A stretch of 64,000 bases of DNA from Malacoraja senta (taxonomy: Eukaryota), in NCBI GenBank assembly GCA_038087875.1, contig CM075993.1, positions 7,380,001-7,444,000 of the forward strand, in the 5' to 3' direction. Made by a program: the position numbers and the translations under genes. The notes under the pieces were generated by a model. The model had not been told where the DNA came from, did not search any database, and saw nothing but the letters and a program-made list of their open reading frames with translations. This document shows, one piece after another, positions 13,265 to 25,739 of the stretch (the stretch's first letter is position 1; the number at the start of each line of letters is the position of its first letter).

Positions 13265-13655
13265 GGGAAAACCCACGCAGGTCACGGGGAGAACGTACAA
13301 ACTCCGTACACACAGCGCTCGTAGACAGGATCGAACCTGGGTCTCATCGCTGACGGTCGATCCAGCTCGAGGTTTTTCAGGCGAGTGCCCTCGAGCTTGA
13401 AGGTCGAGACAGTCGCTGAAAGGTGGCATCAGTGGGACAGGCCCTTTACCTGAAGTTAATTGGGAAGTTAATTAGGACTATTGATCTGCAAGAGAAGCAT
13501 CAGCTACCGGAGGTCAGTCCCGCAATCTCTTGATGAAATGCAATATGAAGATATCATGGGTGTTAATCTTGGCTCAACAGTAATGACTCTTGGCCAAGTT
13601 AATTGATAGTGAATTCAAGCTGTACGGCAGCAACTCTACCATTGTGCCAGTGTGC
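13265..13655 (-). mobile_element. HE1-like SINE 5' part split by a 277-bp templated insert
   Basis: SINE sequence stops at ggatcgaacctgggtc and resumes at gctgtacggcagcaactctacc after 13620. Confidence 0.85.
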
Positions 13656-15341
13656 TGTAGGAATAGTCCAAATGTGTCCACTACATGAAACAGTCATTTA
13701 CAGTTCCATGCAGTTATAGAAAAAGGAATAAAACCTGAGCCGATTGTTATGCCCTTAGTTCAAGCAGTCGACATGGAAAACTATTATCATAAGAATGTGG
13801 TAAAAATTGTTTAATATACTTCCTCGTAGATACTCCAAATTTTGTATATCCAATCAAATACTTTCTTACAAACAGTTCAGTAGAGTATTGCCATATCACC
13901 GATCCTTGATTAGCAAGTGAACAGAATTAGTTATTGAGCCCGCATGCAAGAGGCGCCATATTTTGGCGTCATTTTCAACGTGCACGCTCCAGTTGTTACG
14001 AGAGGTGCCTGTTCCAGGCCAGTACCCGTTTGTTGTGGGCCCACAGCCATCTTCTTGCTTGGACGCTGGGTCTCTCACCTTACCCGTCCACCTTTGCCTC
14101 CCGGGGTACCTCCCACACCCTAAACGAGGGCGCGATAGCCCAAACCCCGGTACCCTCTCCACTCCTACCAAGCTGCCACTCTGTAAATGAGTCAATTGAA
14201 TCTTGCTTATGAGGAAACCAAGATTATTGGAAATTATCATGGTGTTTACTTGTGCAAATTTTCACATGTATTATGTGGACATCTGTCTGAAGAGAGTTTC
14301 CGACCCAAAACATCGTCTATGTTCTCCAGAGATGCTGCCTGATTCACTGAGTTACTCCAGAACTTTGTGTTTTTCCCATGTATTATCTTTAACCACATTG
14401 TTATTCTCAAAATAATATATTTATAGAAAAACATCTACAATACACTGTTAGTAATATTAAGAGCTAGATTTAAAATAAGATGTCCAGAGTGTTCCATGAC
14501 TAACAAATGTATCTTCCCATGTAGCAATCTGGAATGTCAAAGTTGATCTAAGTGCTAATATAGATTGTCCCAAAAGAACACCATTGTAACTATCAATGTG
14601 GTGGTGACCGTCAGTAACCGCAGAGCAATGAAAACAATTATTTCACATTTACAATACAGGCTGCTCTAAAAGCAAGTCCTGCACTCCAAGAACATACTCA
14701 ATTCCTCACCCAAAAGTGATGATTATAGAAACACTTGGCTCAGTGTTGTCACAGATGTTCCCAAGTTCAAATTTCACAGACTTAAATAAAGCAATGGCAG
14801 CTATTTATGCACTCTACTGTCTAAGCTTTAAATTATGTTCTCAGTAAATAGGGATGGTAATCTTGTATAAGAATTAACCACTGCTTAACTCTCATTGATT
14901 TTCACTTTTATCACAATGCAAATCTTCACCCTTTTGGGGCTTTTGACTTTTTGGCATAACTGTTATTGACTATAAACAATCCTTAATTAGGTTAATTAAA
15001 CCTCATCTACATGTCTAGTTGCAAAGGAACCCACTTCTTATCTTTCAACTGCAGATATATATATTTCCTCTTTGTAGTTAATAATGCGATTGCTTGGATG
15101 CAAGATATCAGAGACCACATCTGTAACTTGCTTCCTTTTCCCAGTGGATTTGTACTACACAGCAATAAGATAGTTGGGGACAGAAAGCCAGAAATGTCTT
15201 GTTCGATGGTGAGAGGCACAGATGGCACTTCCCTTGTGATCTTCTGTTTAAAATTTCTGAAAGTCAAACTCCTTCATCTCAATAATGTCCACATGCATTG
15301 TCATATAACCATATAACCATATAAGCAGACTTTGTTTTTTT

Positions 15342-15815
15342 TGGCCTCTCTCCACTGGCTCCCTGTGCTGTGCCTGGTCTCTCTCCACTGGCTCCCTGTG
15401 CGGTTCCGTATACATTTCAAGATCCTCCTCTATGTCTACAAAGCCCTCAATGGGCTTGCCCTCACCTACATTAAAAGTCTTCTCACCCACCACTCCACCT
15501 CCAGGTCCCTCAGATCGGCCGACTTGGGGTTGCTGAATATCCCGTGGTCTAGGCATAAGCTCAGGGGCGACCGCGCCTTTGCGGTTGCAGCTCCTAGACT
15601 TTGGAACAGCATCCCCCTTCCCATCAGAACCGCCCCCTCCATCGACTCTTTTAAGTCATGACAAAAAACGTATCTATACTCCCAAGCCTTTCTTGACATC
15701 CTCTGAGCGAGGGCTATCTGTATATATGTATGTAGTTTGTTTGTTTATACTATTCTTATAACAAATGTAAATCACTTTGGCCAACGAGAGTTATTTTTTA
15801 AATGTGCTATATAAA
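15342..15815 (+). mobile_element. L2-clade LINE 3' end
   Basis: ORF 15332..15661 (LHWLPVRFRIHFKILL...RSLRS...GDRAFAVAAPRLWNSIP); tail gtaaatcactttgg...tgctatataaat. Confidence 0.9.
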
Positions 15816-17320
15816 TGTGATTTGTTTCAATAAGTCTGAAGAAGGGTCCCAACCTGAAATGTCGCCTATCCATGTCCTGGCTGACCCGCTGAATTACTCC
15901 AGCACTTTGTATCCCTTTGTTTGAATAATAAGGTAACTCACCCAATGGTGGAAAATAGAACAGAGAAAAATAAAGTAGACCCAAAAAGCTGGGGCAGGCA
16001 GCATCTCTGGACAGAAGGAATGGGTGACGTCTCAGATCGAGACCCTTCTTCAATACAGCACAGGAACGGGCCCTTGTCATGCAGAACATGATGCCAAGTT
16101 AAACTATTCTTATCTGCCTGCACGAGACCGATATCACTGCATGTCCATGTATTACATAAGAACATTGTTAATCTCAAAATAATGCAGAATTACAGAAAAA
16201 TAGCCAAAAATACACCGCTAGTAATATTAAAAGCTAAATTTAAAATAGGATGTCCAGAGAGTTCCAGGCCTAACACATTTATCTTCCTATGTAGCAAGCT
16301 GAAATGTCAAAGTTGATCTATGTAGCAATATAGATTGCCCCCAAAAAACACCACCCTATTTAAAAGCCTCTACAACACCTGTATCCGTGTTTGCCTCCAT
16401 CTCCACCCCCTGGCAACGCATCCTAGGCACCCACTACCCTCTACGTTAAAAAAATGACTTGTTCCTCTTACCTTAAAGCTATGCCCTCTTGTCTTTGATA
16501 TTTCCACCCTGAGAAAAATGTACTGACCACTTACCCTAATTATGCCTCATAGTTTTATATACTTCTATCAGGTCTCTCCTCAACCTCTGGCGTTGCCGAA
16601 AATAAATTAATCCAAGTTTGTCCAAGCTTTCCTTGTAGCTAATACCCCCCTAATTCAGGCAGCATTCTGGTAAAGCTCTTCTGCGACCTGTCCACATCCT
16701 TCCTGTAATGGGGTGACCAGAGTCACAAATGTACGGACTACTAGTGTGTGCAGTAACTTATCTGCCGCACTCTCAATACACTAATATTTCCCCACTCACC
16801 CACAGCCTAAACCCACGTTTAGTTTGTCAGGTAACAAGCAGCCTGCAGTCACTCCACCATCACTTGCCCTCCTCCCGGGCCAATTTAAATGTCACTGTTT
16901 TCTGCTCCCCACCCTCTGTGTCAATCTTACGAGCCCCCCAGAATGAGTCTCAGGAACTGCGCTCACCCCAGTGCTATGCGTCAGGGACGCGACTTAAATG
17001 AGATCCCAGCATTCACAGCCTCAATGGAAATAAACCCATGATCTACCTCATTATCTACCTCATATCACAAACTATCTACCTCATTGGAAATCCTTGGACT
17101 ATCTTTGATTGGACTTGACTGGACTTTATTTTGCACTGAATGTTATTCACGTATTCTCTTCATCACTTATTTGTACACTGTGGTTGGCTCAATTGTAATG
17201 ATATATTGTCTTTCCGCTGACTGGTTAGTGCACAACAAAAGCTTTTCACTGTACCTAAACAGTAAACTGAACTGAACAAAACATTACCACAGATGAAATC
17301 TTATATTTAAATCACATTTT

Positions 17321-17630
17321 GGGCGCACGGTGGCGCAGCGGTAGAATTGCTGCCTTACAGCACCAGAGACCCGGGTTCGATCCGGTCTACGGGTGCTGTC
17401 TGTACAGAGTTTGTACGTTCTCCCCGACACCTCGTGGGTTTCCTCCGAGATCTTCGGTTTCCTCCCACACTCCAAAGACGAACAGGTTTGTAGGTTAATT
17501 GGCTTGGTATAAATGTAAATCGTCCCGAGACTGTAGGATAGTGTTAATGTGCGGGGATCGCTGGTCGGCGCGGACTCGCTGGGCCGAAGGGCCTGTTTCC
17601 GCGCTGTATCTCTAAACTAAACTGAACTAA
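17321..17630 (+). mobile_element. Full-length HE1-like V-SINE with Pol III A and B boxes
   Basis: A box TGGCGCAGCGG at 17331, B box GGTTCGATCC at 17374, central domain, tail tgggccgaagggcctgtttcc...(ctaaa)n shared with CR1 3' ends. Confidence 0.92.
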
Positions 17631-17709
17631 ATCTAAAATTGAAAGTGGTCAATTCTTGTGTAGCCTGGGAGCAAGAGACTCCGTAAGGAAAAACTTGAAT
17701 CACACTCAC

Positions 17710-17861
17710 CAGCTGAATGGCGATCATTAACACAGTCTTCAGTGTGAAAGCTCGGTCACATACATCAAAGAGGTCCTCCAGACTTGGTCCGAGCAGCTCC
17801 AGTACCATGGCGTTATATTTACTACATGGTCCAAAGTAATAAACCTGAGGCATTCCTTCAG
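17710..17861 (-). CDS. CSNK1G1: Casein kinase 1 gamma internal exon (152 nt), (A)[50 protein letters not shown]
   Basis: Overlaps ORF 17617..17853. CK1 [10 protein letters not shown] motif; acceptor tttcag, donor gtgagt. Confidence 0.96.
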
Positions 17862-19718
17862 CTGAAAGAAAAAGAGACTGCTTACAAAAAACCCAATGGA
17901 CTTCTGTAGGAATCTTACTTCCAAGTGCTCTAAATAACGTTACTTTAAAGAAGTTGCAGGAGGGAAATTTATCTCATCGTATAACCGGCTTAAAAAAAAT
18001 CAGATCTTAACAAACATATTGTCAGCAATGTTTTTATACAAACCTAATCAATAATTTTGAGTTTTTTATGTCGATAGTCCAAGTTTGAAATGTTCCTACT
18101 AAATAAATGGGGAGGGCCATCTTGCAATGAACTTAGTTTGAATCAATTAAACTAACAGCAAACATGGAACAAGCAGGATCATATGTGCAAGAAAAAACAG
18201 TGGAAGATTGAGATAGTCAGAGTCGTACAGCATGGATATGGGCCCTTCGACCCAACCCAACCATGCTGGCCAAGATTCTCCATGTAAACTAGTCCCATTT
18301 GCCAGGCTTTGGCTCATATTCCTCTAAACCTTTCCTATCCATGCACCTATCCAAGTATCTTTAGATGTTATAGCACCTGCCTCAACTACTTTCATAGACA
18401 GTTTATTCCATGTACTAATCATCCTCTGTGAAAATGTTGCCCCTCGGGTTCCTTCAATGGTGAGGTGGTCAGAGCCGGTGATGGACTGGGCAGTGTTCAC
18501 AACTTTTTGCAGTATTCTTCGCTCCTGGGCATTAGCATCCAGGGCTCGAGGGCCTTTAGTGGAGGGTGGAGTTCAACACAACATGGAGGTCATTCAATGC
18601 AGATGCCACTGGTTGAAGCATTGGACACCAACAGAGACAGAATGAGTCAAACAGCTTCCTGTGTTGTAAATCCTCAATGATTCAATGTTGCTGGAATCAA
18701 ATGGTGGATCCAGCTTGCCTTCAAAGAAATGCTCTCTAGTTATTTTACCATTCAACTATTTAGTACTTCAGGAAGATTTTAATTCTATCCAATTTATCCA
18801 TTTTGAGAAGCTCAGTGTTTGTGAGACACACGTTGGTTCATGCGGAATTTGCTAAAATTTGAATACCGTTGGGGGGGGGGAAACGTATCCTATTCACCCT
18901 GTTTGTCTCTCTAAGTGTGCCTTAAATTCTTGAGACAGCAATGGCGGGTGAGGCCCAGCTAAAGCATGTCGGGGATGACGCTGGGTTTGGCAGTAACATC
19001 CACACTTGTGGTGGGGTGAACTTGCGTGATATATTTTATTTACAATGGTAATAAAGTCCAGAACTGCATGAGGTGCTGTTCCCCATGGTCAGGGAATGCG
19101 TGCGATCTTGGGCTTTCCCCGGCAGCTCAGTCCTGGTCTTCGAAGGAGGCGGTGTAGTGATCTCAGGCTTCTCCCTGCAGTTCACCCTTGCCTCTAAACT
19201 TGGCGTTGGTGACCTCAGGTTAATCCTGACAGCTCAGCTTTGGGCTTGAAGAGGCGGCGCTTGGCGGCCTCATGTTTATCCTCAGTCTTTTTGTGTGTGC
19301 GTGCGGTCCCTCGTTGACCGTGAGCAGGAAGAGCCATTGGCATCTCAGGCTTGCTCCGGCCACTCAGTCCGGCACCGCATGGGGGGGCTGTCCCTCACCG
19401 TCAGGGCGTGTGTGCGGTGGGGCTGGCCATCTGGGGCTTGTCCCAACTGATACCAAAGATGCTGGGGATTGGCCTCTCCTGGCCAGTCAGCCAGTGACAG
19501 GGATCATAGTGGCATCCAAGGGAGGGGGCGCTATCACAAGCTTCCAACATCAGTTTGACCAAAGGTGCCTGCACAGCTCTGCCTGTCCTCCCCAAATAGC
19601 CATGAACAGTTTTACAGCAGAGGTCCCCAAATGACCATGGCCCCTGCACCTTTTACCCAGTAAGCGAACCCAGACTGTGATATTCTTTAAAGTAGAACAA
19701 GGTGATTATTGATCCCAT

Positions 19719-19862
19719 GTAAGAAGGAACTGCAGATGCTGGTTTAAACCGAAGATAGACACTAAATCTGAAGAAGGGTCTCGACCCGAAACGTCACCCA
19801 TTTCTTCTCTCCAGTGATGCTGCCTGTCCCGCAGAGTTACTCCATCATTTTGCGTCCATCTT
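19719..19862. mobile_element. PLE fold-back mini-element with perfect 16-bp TSD and intact hammerhead-like core
   Basis: TSD tgattattgatcccat at 19703-19718 and 19863-19878. Core CTGAAGA-AGGGTCTCGACCC-GAAAC-GTC at 19768-19795. Confidence 0.85.
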
Positions 19863-19944
19863 TGATTATTGATCCCATTAGCCACATTTGTACAACAATG
19901 TATATTAAACAGTTCCAGTGTATCTTGAAAGCTCACAAATGTTC

Positions 19945-20302
19945 TGGATGTTGGGGGAGTACGGAACCAGGGGTCACAGTTTAAGAATAAGGGGTAATAA
20001 TAATAATACATTTTATTTATATAGCGCTTTTCAGGACTCAAAGTCGCTTAGGCCATTTAGATGAGGAAAAAAAAAATCCCCCAGATAGTTGTGAATCTGT
20101 GGAATTCTCTACCACAGAAGGTAGTGGATGCCAATTCACTGGATGTTTTCCAGAGAGAGTTAGATATAGCTCTTAGGACTAACAGAATCAAGGGATACGG
20201 GAGAATGAGGTACTGATTTTGGATGATCAGCCATGATCATATGAGCTGACTCGAAGGGCCAAATGGACTACTCCTGCACTTATTTTCTGTGTTTTTATGT
20301 TT
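19945..20302 (+). mobile_element. CR1-clade LINE 3' fragment
   Basis: accaggggtcacagtttaagaataagggg...gtgaatctgtggaattctct...tail; interrupted by a short reverse L2-like tail. Confidence 0.8.
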
Positions 20303-20576
20303 CTAAGCAATCTGATCATCAATTGGTTCCAGAAGCACCATGTCCTCCTGCAGTTTGCAATTAGAGCAATTAGAATCAGCACTGCCTTTATTCACCAGTG
20401 AATAGCTGCCATCAGTCATGGCTGAATTTGCAAGGTACACAAGATCAGTCTGGTTTCCGTGGCTGGCAGGAAAACAAAATGACGAATAAGGCAAAGACCT
20501 CATTTACCCCCAATAGGATGTAAATCCCATTCATCCAGTGCTGGCCTTAAGAGGAAGTGGAAGGGGAAACATTTAC

Positions 20577-20749
20577 TGTGTAGGAAGGAACTGCAGATGC
20601 TGGTTCAAACTGAAGATAGACACAAAAAGCTGGAGTAACTCAGCAGGACAGGCAGCATCTCTGGACGGAAGGAATGGGGGTGACTTTTTGGGTTGAGACC
20701 CTTCCTCAGAGATGCTGCTGAGTTACTCCAGCTTTTTGTGTCTATCTTT
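20577..20749. mobile_element. PLE fold-back mini-element with 13-bp TSD
   Basis: TSD gggaaacatttac at 20564-20576 and 20750-20762. Confidence 0.85.
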
Positions 20750-21269
20750 GGGAAACATTTACCGATGCACCTAAAGCATGAGAGCAATAGCCAGACTTAG
20801 GAACTGGCAATCAAGCAGAATGATAAATGCAATCGCAAACATTCCTGCATCATTCATTATCGGGTGACTGGGGTCGAACAACACTAAGTGTCTACCCGGC
20901 TGCCAGGTAAATTGCTTTGAAAATTGAAGCCTTGCTGGAGTGATTAATTCCAAGTGAGGCATCATTTTAAATGAGGCTCTGGTGAAGCGCTGAAGTGCAC
21001 ACGATCGTGGTGACACTACTGCTGACTGTGTACACAGGCTGGGACATGTCAGCACTCTCTCAGCATCCCTGTGCATTCGGGAGTGGTGAAAGCTGACTAT
21101 TGTACCAGCTGCTGGTGGGTAGCAGCATTTGTGGCTGATGCCTCCGCTGGCAAACAGCCGTGCTTTTGTTGCACATTAAAACCTGCACAGTGTGTAAAGG
21201 GCCACCACGTCCCGCCCACCGATCTGGCACTTGCCGCCTTTCTGGGTTGGAGGGCAGCAGGCGGAGTTA

Positions 21270-21755
21270 ATAGACAATAGACAATAGGTGCAGGAGTAGG
21301 CCATTTGGCCCTTCGAGCCAGCACCGCCATTCAATGTGATCATGGCTGATCATCCCCAATCAGTACCCCGTTCCTGCCTTCTCCCCATATCCCCTGACTG
21401 CTATTTTTAAGAGCCCTATCTAGCTCTCTCTTGAAAGCACCTGCCTCCACTGCCCTCAGAGAATTCCACAGACTCACCACTCTCTGAGAAAAAGTGTTTC
21501 ATCGTCTCCGTTCTAAATGGCTTACTCCTTATTCTTAAACTGTGGCCCCTGGTTCTGGACTGCCCCAACATCGGGAACATGTTTCCTGCCTCTAGCGTGT
21601 CCAAGCCCTCAACAATCTTATATGTTTCAATGAGATGCCCTCTCATCCTTCTAAACTCCGGAGTGTAGAAGCCCAGCTGCTCCATTCTCTCAGCATATGA
21701 CAGTCTCGCCATCCCGGGAATTAACCTTGTAAACCTACGCTGCACTCCCTCAATA
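21270..21755 (-). mobile_element. CR1-clade LINE 3' fragment
   Basis: ORF 21416..21790 plus (tattgtc)n tail. Confidence 0.9.
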
Positions 21756-21988
21756 GAGTTGCTCTCTGACTCAGAGGTGTCCACCCTCAAAGAGCTGCTG
21801 CCAGTTTATCGCTGGGAGTGGTGGGTCGCACCAGCCTCTGCTGGCCGCAGCCCAGCTTCTGTGGGCCAGGACCACTCGTCGACAGGCAGCCATCTGACTG
21901 AACCAAACCCAGGGATGGAGCAGTGTCTTCAGTTCAGCCCGGGATTCTGCGGTGGGTGCGGGAGCGACAGCAAGATGGCGAAACAATA

Positions 21989-22267
21989 TGAAGATAGACA
22001 CAAAATGCTGGAGTAACTCAGTGGGACAGGCAGCATCTCTGGAGAGAAGGAATGGGTGACGTTTCGGGTCGAGATCTTTCTTAAGACTCCAGTAAAGATG
22101 AGGTAGTGGGAGCCTGGAAAACAGTTAGTAAAGATGAGTCTGAAGAAGGGTTTCGATCCAAAAAGTCACCCATTCCTTCTCTCCAGAGATGCTGCCTGTC
22201 CCGCTGAGTTACTCCAACATTGTGTCTATCTTCAATTTAAACCAGCATCTGCAGTTCCATTCTACAC
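21989..22267. mobile_element. PLE fold-back mini-element with 14-bp TSD
   Basis: Inverted arms around a spacer of about 50 bp; flanked by atgg(c/t)gaaacaata. Confidence 0.82.
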
Positions 22268-22686
22268 ATGGTGAAACAATACTAATGATTTGTTATTATG
22301 TCACATCTTGAAACCTTATGAAACCTTTGTTTGATTCGTATGGGTGTCAGGGTTTATGGGGAGAAGGCAGGAGAATGGGGTTCGGAGGGAGAGATGGATC
22401 AGCCATGATTCATTGGCGGAGTAAACTTGATGGGCCGAATGGCCTGATTCTGCCCCTGTCACATGAACATGAACCTTATTTCCACAAGATAATGCAAACT
22501 GGCCAATCCACTATTAACTAAATTTAAGATAGACACAAAATCTTCTATCTTCGGTCTATTTTCAGTTTAAACCACCATCAGCAGTTCCATCCTACACATT
22601 AACTAGATTTAGTTCAGTTTGGTTTAGAGATATGGTTTGGTTTGGTTGGAAACAGGGCCTTCGGCCTACCGAGTCCATGTCTACCA

Positions 22687-22812
22687 TTGTTGAAGAAGGA
22701 ACTGCAGATGCTGGAAAATCGAAGGGAGAAGTCTGAAGAACCCGAACGTTGCCTATTTCCTTGCTCCATAGATGCTGCCTCACCCGCTGAGTTTCTCCAG
22801 CATTTTTGTCTA
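22687..22812. mobile_element. PLE fold-back mini-element (subfamily B) inserted in a SINE tail
   Basis: TSD ccatgtctacca at 22675-22686 and 22813-22824. Confidence 0.82.
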
Positions 22813-23292
22813 CCATGTCTACCACTGATCACCTGTTCACACTTCTATGGTATATACGTTAACATCGTTTTATGTTATCCCACTTTCTCTTCCACTCACT
22901 GCACACGATGGGCAATTTTAGAGAAGCCAAATAACCTACAAACCTGGACGGCTTTGGGATGTGGGAGGAAAATTACGCAGTCACAGGGAGAACATGCATG
23001 CACACTCCACACAGGTAACAGGAATCATGGGATACGGGGAGAAAGCAGGAACGAAGTACTGATTTTGGATGATCAGCCATGCTCATAAAGCTGGAAGGGC
23101 TGAATAGCCTACTCCTGCACCTATTTTCTATGTTTCTATGGAACACCTGAGGTCAGGATCGAACCAGAGTCTCTGGTGCTGTGAGGCAGCAAGTCTACCA
23201 GCTGCACCACTATGCCTCCTTTAAACGCATAATAAAGTACTGCATAAATGTGTGGGATAACAACATAAGAGCTGGAATAGGTTATTCCCTTT

Positions 23293-23920
23293 GATGGCAT
23301 GTTGGCCATAACAAGAGGAGTTGAGTATAGGAGCCAAGAGGTCCTTCTGCAGTTGTACAGGGCCCTAGTGAGACCACACCTGGAGGATTGTGTGCAGTTT
23401 TGGTCTCCCAATTTGAGGAAGGACATTCTTGCTATTGTGGGAGTGCAGCGTAGGTTCACCAGGTTAATTCCCGGGATGGCGGGACTGTCACATGTTGATA
23501 GAATGGAGCGACTGGGCTTGAATTTAGAAGGATGAGAGGGCGTCTTATTGAAACATATAAGATTATTAAAGATTTGGACACGCTAGAGGCAGGAAACATG
23601 TTCCCGATGTTGGGGGAGTCCAGAACCAGGTGCACAGTTTAAGAATAAGGGGTAAGTCATTTAGAACGGAGATGAGGAAAAACTTTTTCACCCAGAGAGT
23701 TGTGAGTCTGTGGAATTCTCTGCCTCAGAGGGTGGTGGAGGCCGGCTCTCTAGATGCTTTCAAGAGAGAGCTGGACAGAGCTCTTAAAGATAGCGGAGTC
23801 AGGGGATATGGGGAGAAGGCAGGAACGGGGTGCTGATTGTGGATGATAAGCCATGATCACATTGAATGGCGGTGGTGGCACGAAGGGCCGAATGGCCTAC
23901 TCCTGCACCTATTGTCCATT
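23293..23920 (+). mobile_element. CR1-clade LINE 3' fragment
   Basis: ORFs 23299..23535 and 23630..23836 plus tail. Confidence 0.9.
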
Positions 23921-24724
23921 GATTGCTCCACTATTCAATTACATCCTGCATGATTTTTTCCTTAAATTCAGCACTGCACCAATTCCATAATCCCCTGATT
24001 CCTTTAACACGTCAAAATGCATGTACTTTTCCTCCACACACAACTGTAAAGATTCATCACCCTCTGAGTGAAGAAAATTGTCCTAGATGCTGACCCCTTA
24101 TTACGAGACTGCGATACTGGGATTTAGTACATTAAACCCAACCAAGATAAACATTAAACCTGCCATTTAATTTGTCAAGTCCTGTTCAAAATGTTAAAAG
24201 GTTGTATTATAATCTTAAATATGATTTATGTATTAATCAATATAACATAAAACAAAGTCAAAAATTTATGAGCTGCAAGATTTATTTTCATTTTTTGCTT
24301 TATTGCTTATAATTAGGCGAAATGTTCTGACAAGGTACTTCAAGAGGAATGCTTGTATCTAGGGATTTCTTGTCTTATTTACCTCTGGTGGGAAATATTT
24401 ACAAGTTGGCAAGTGTATGATCCATTGGTAGAATATAACACTCAAGTCAGGTTATTATGTTCTCACACAGAACAGCAAACAAAGTGGGAGAAGTGGGTGT
24501 GCATTTGGGTGAGGCATGGGGAAGGAGGTGTGAGGGGAGCAGGCGAGATTTGGGGGGGGGGGGGGAGATGGAGGGGAAGGAGGCGAGATTTGGGGGGGGA
24601 GAAAAAAGAGGGCTGTTCGGGTGGCCGCCTAAAACAGGAGGATTCATTGTTCATACCACTGCGTTGTAAGCTACCCAAGTGAGGGGGGGGAGGGGAAGGG
24701 GGGGAAGGGGGGAAGGGGGAAACT

Positions 24725-25407
24725 ATTTTCTAGGGTCCCTACCTGGTCGGAGAGGCAGCTTTACTCCGGGCTGCACTTTCGACCAGTTCTCGCGGCTTAC
24801 CAGCGGGCCTGGAGCGGCCTTTCCTGAGGGGACCGACCAGGACCTCGGCTTCGGCGGCGGCACAGTGCTGGAGCGCTATGCGGAGCGGAGCGGGCGATGC
24901 CGTGCCCGGGTCGCCGCGCTGGAACTCCGGTGAGCTGGGACCGCCGGTGAACATCGCGGAGCTGCGGGTCTGTGAAGCGGCCAGCGGCGCTGAACTTTAC
25001 ATCGGGAGCCTGGGATCTCTCGCCGAGATCGCCAGTGGTGGAGCTCCATCCAGCGCGGCCTGTTGGCTTCGGAAGCCGTGGACTCCGGTAAGGAGGCGGC
25101 CGTTCCAGGTGTCCCAAGCCGCTGAGAGGGTTCTCCCGACGTCGGAGCACCATCACCCGGCGAAGAAGGGCCTGAAACATCGGCCCCCGTAGCGGCGACT
25201 GCGGAGGCCTCAATAGGCCCGACTATGGGTGGACATGGGGATAGGGACTGGACTTTGTGCCTTCCCTCACAGTGGGAACCATTGTGGGGGGATGTATTTA
25301 TGTTTTATGTTAAATTTCTTTAATGTTCTGTCTATTTGTGCTGCATGGCAAGACAAATTTCACTGCACCATTTGGTGTATGTGACAATAAATGTCCTTTG
25401 TCCTTTG
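24725..25407 (+). repeat. GC/CpG-rich interspersed element with gtgacaataaa + (ccttt)n-type tail
   Basis: Its 3' part (25194-25407) is homologous to 57792-58016. Confidence 0.6.
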
Positions 25408-25512
25408 TAATCCCTTTCCAAACGGATAGCCAGACAACTTAGTAAACTGAAATAGAATTAGGTGCAAGGAGTAACAGAAACTGCCTAAAAATAAGCAACG
25501 ATATGATTCCCC

Positions 25513-25739
25513 GTGTTTAAGAAGGAACTGCAGATGCTGGAAAATCTAAGGTAGACAAAAAGTGCTGGAGAAACTCAGCGGGTGCAGCAGCATCTATGGA
25601 GCGAAGGAAATAGGAAATAGGAAATAGGCAACGTTTCGAGCCGAAACCCTTGGGTTTCGGCCCGAAACGTTGCCTGTTTCCTTCGCTCCATAGATGCTGC
25701 TGCACCCGCTGAGTTTCTCCAGCACTTTTGTCTACCTTT
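25513..25739. mobile_element. PLE fold-back mini-element (subfamily B) with 13-bp TSD
   Basis: gatatgattcccc at 25500-25512 and 25740-25752; near-perfect inverted arms. Confidence 0.87.

Noticed and set aside
17321..17400. tRNA gene
   Set aside because: The A and B boxes continue into a SINE body and LINE-type tail, with many diverged copies; it is a SINE head.
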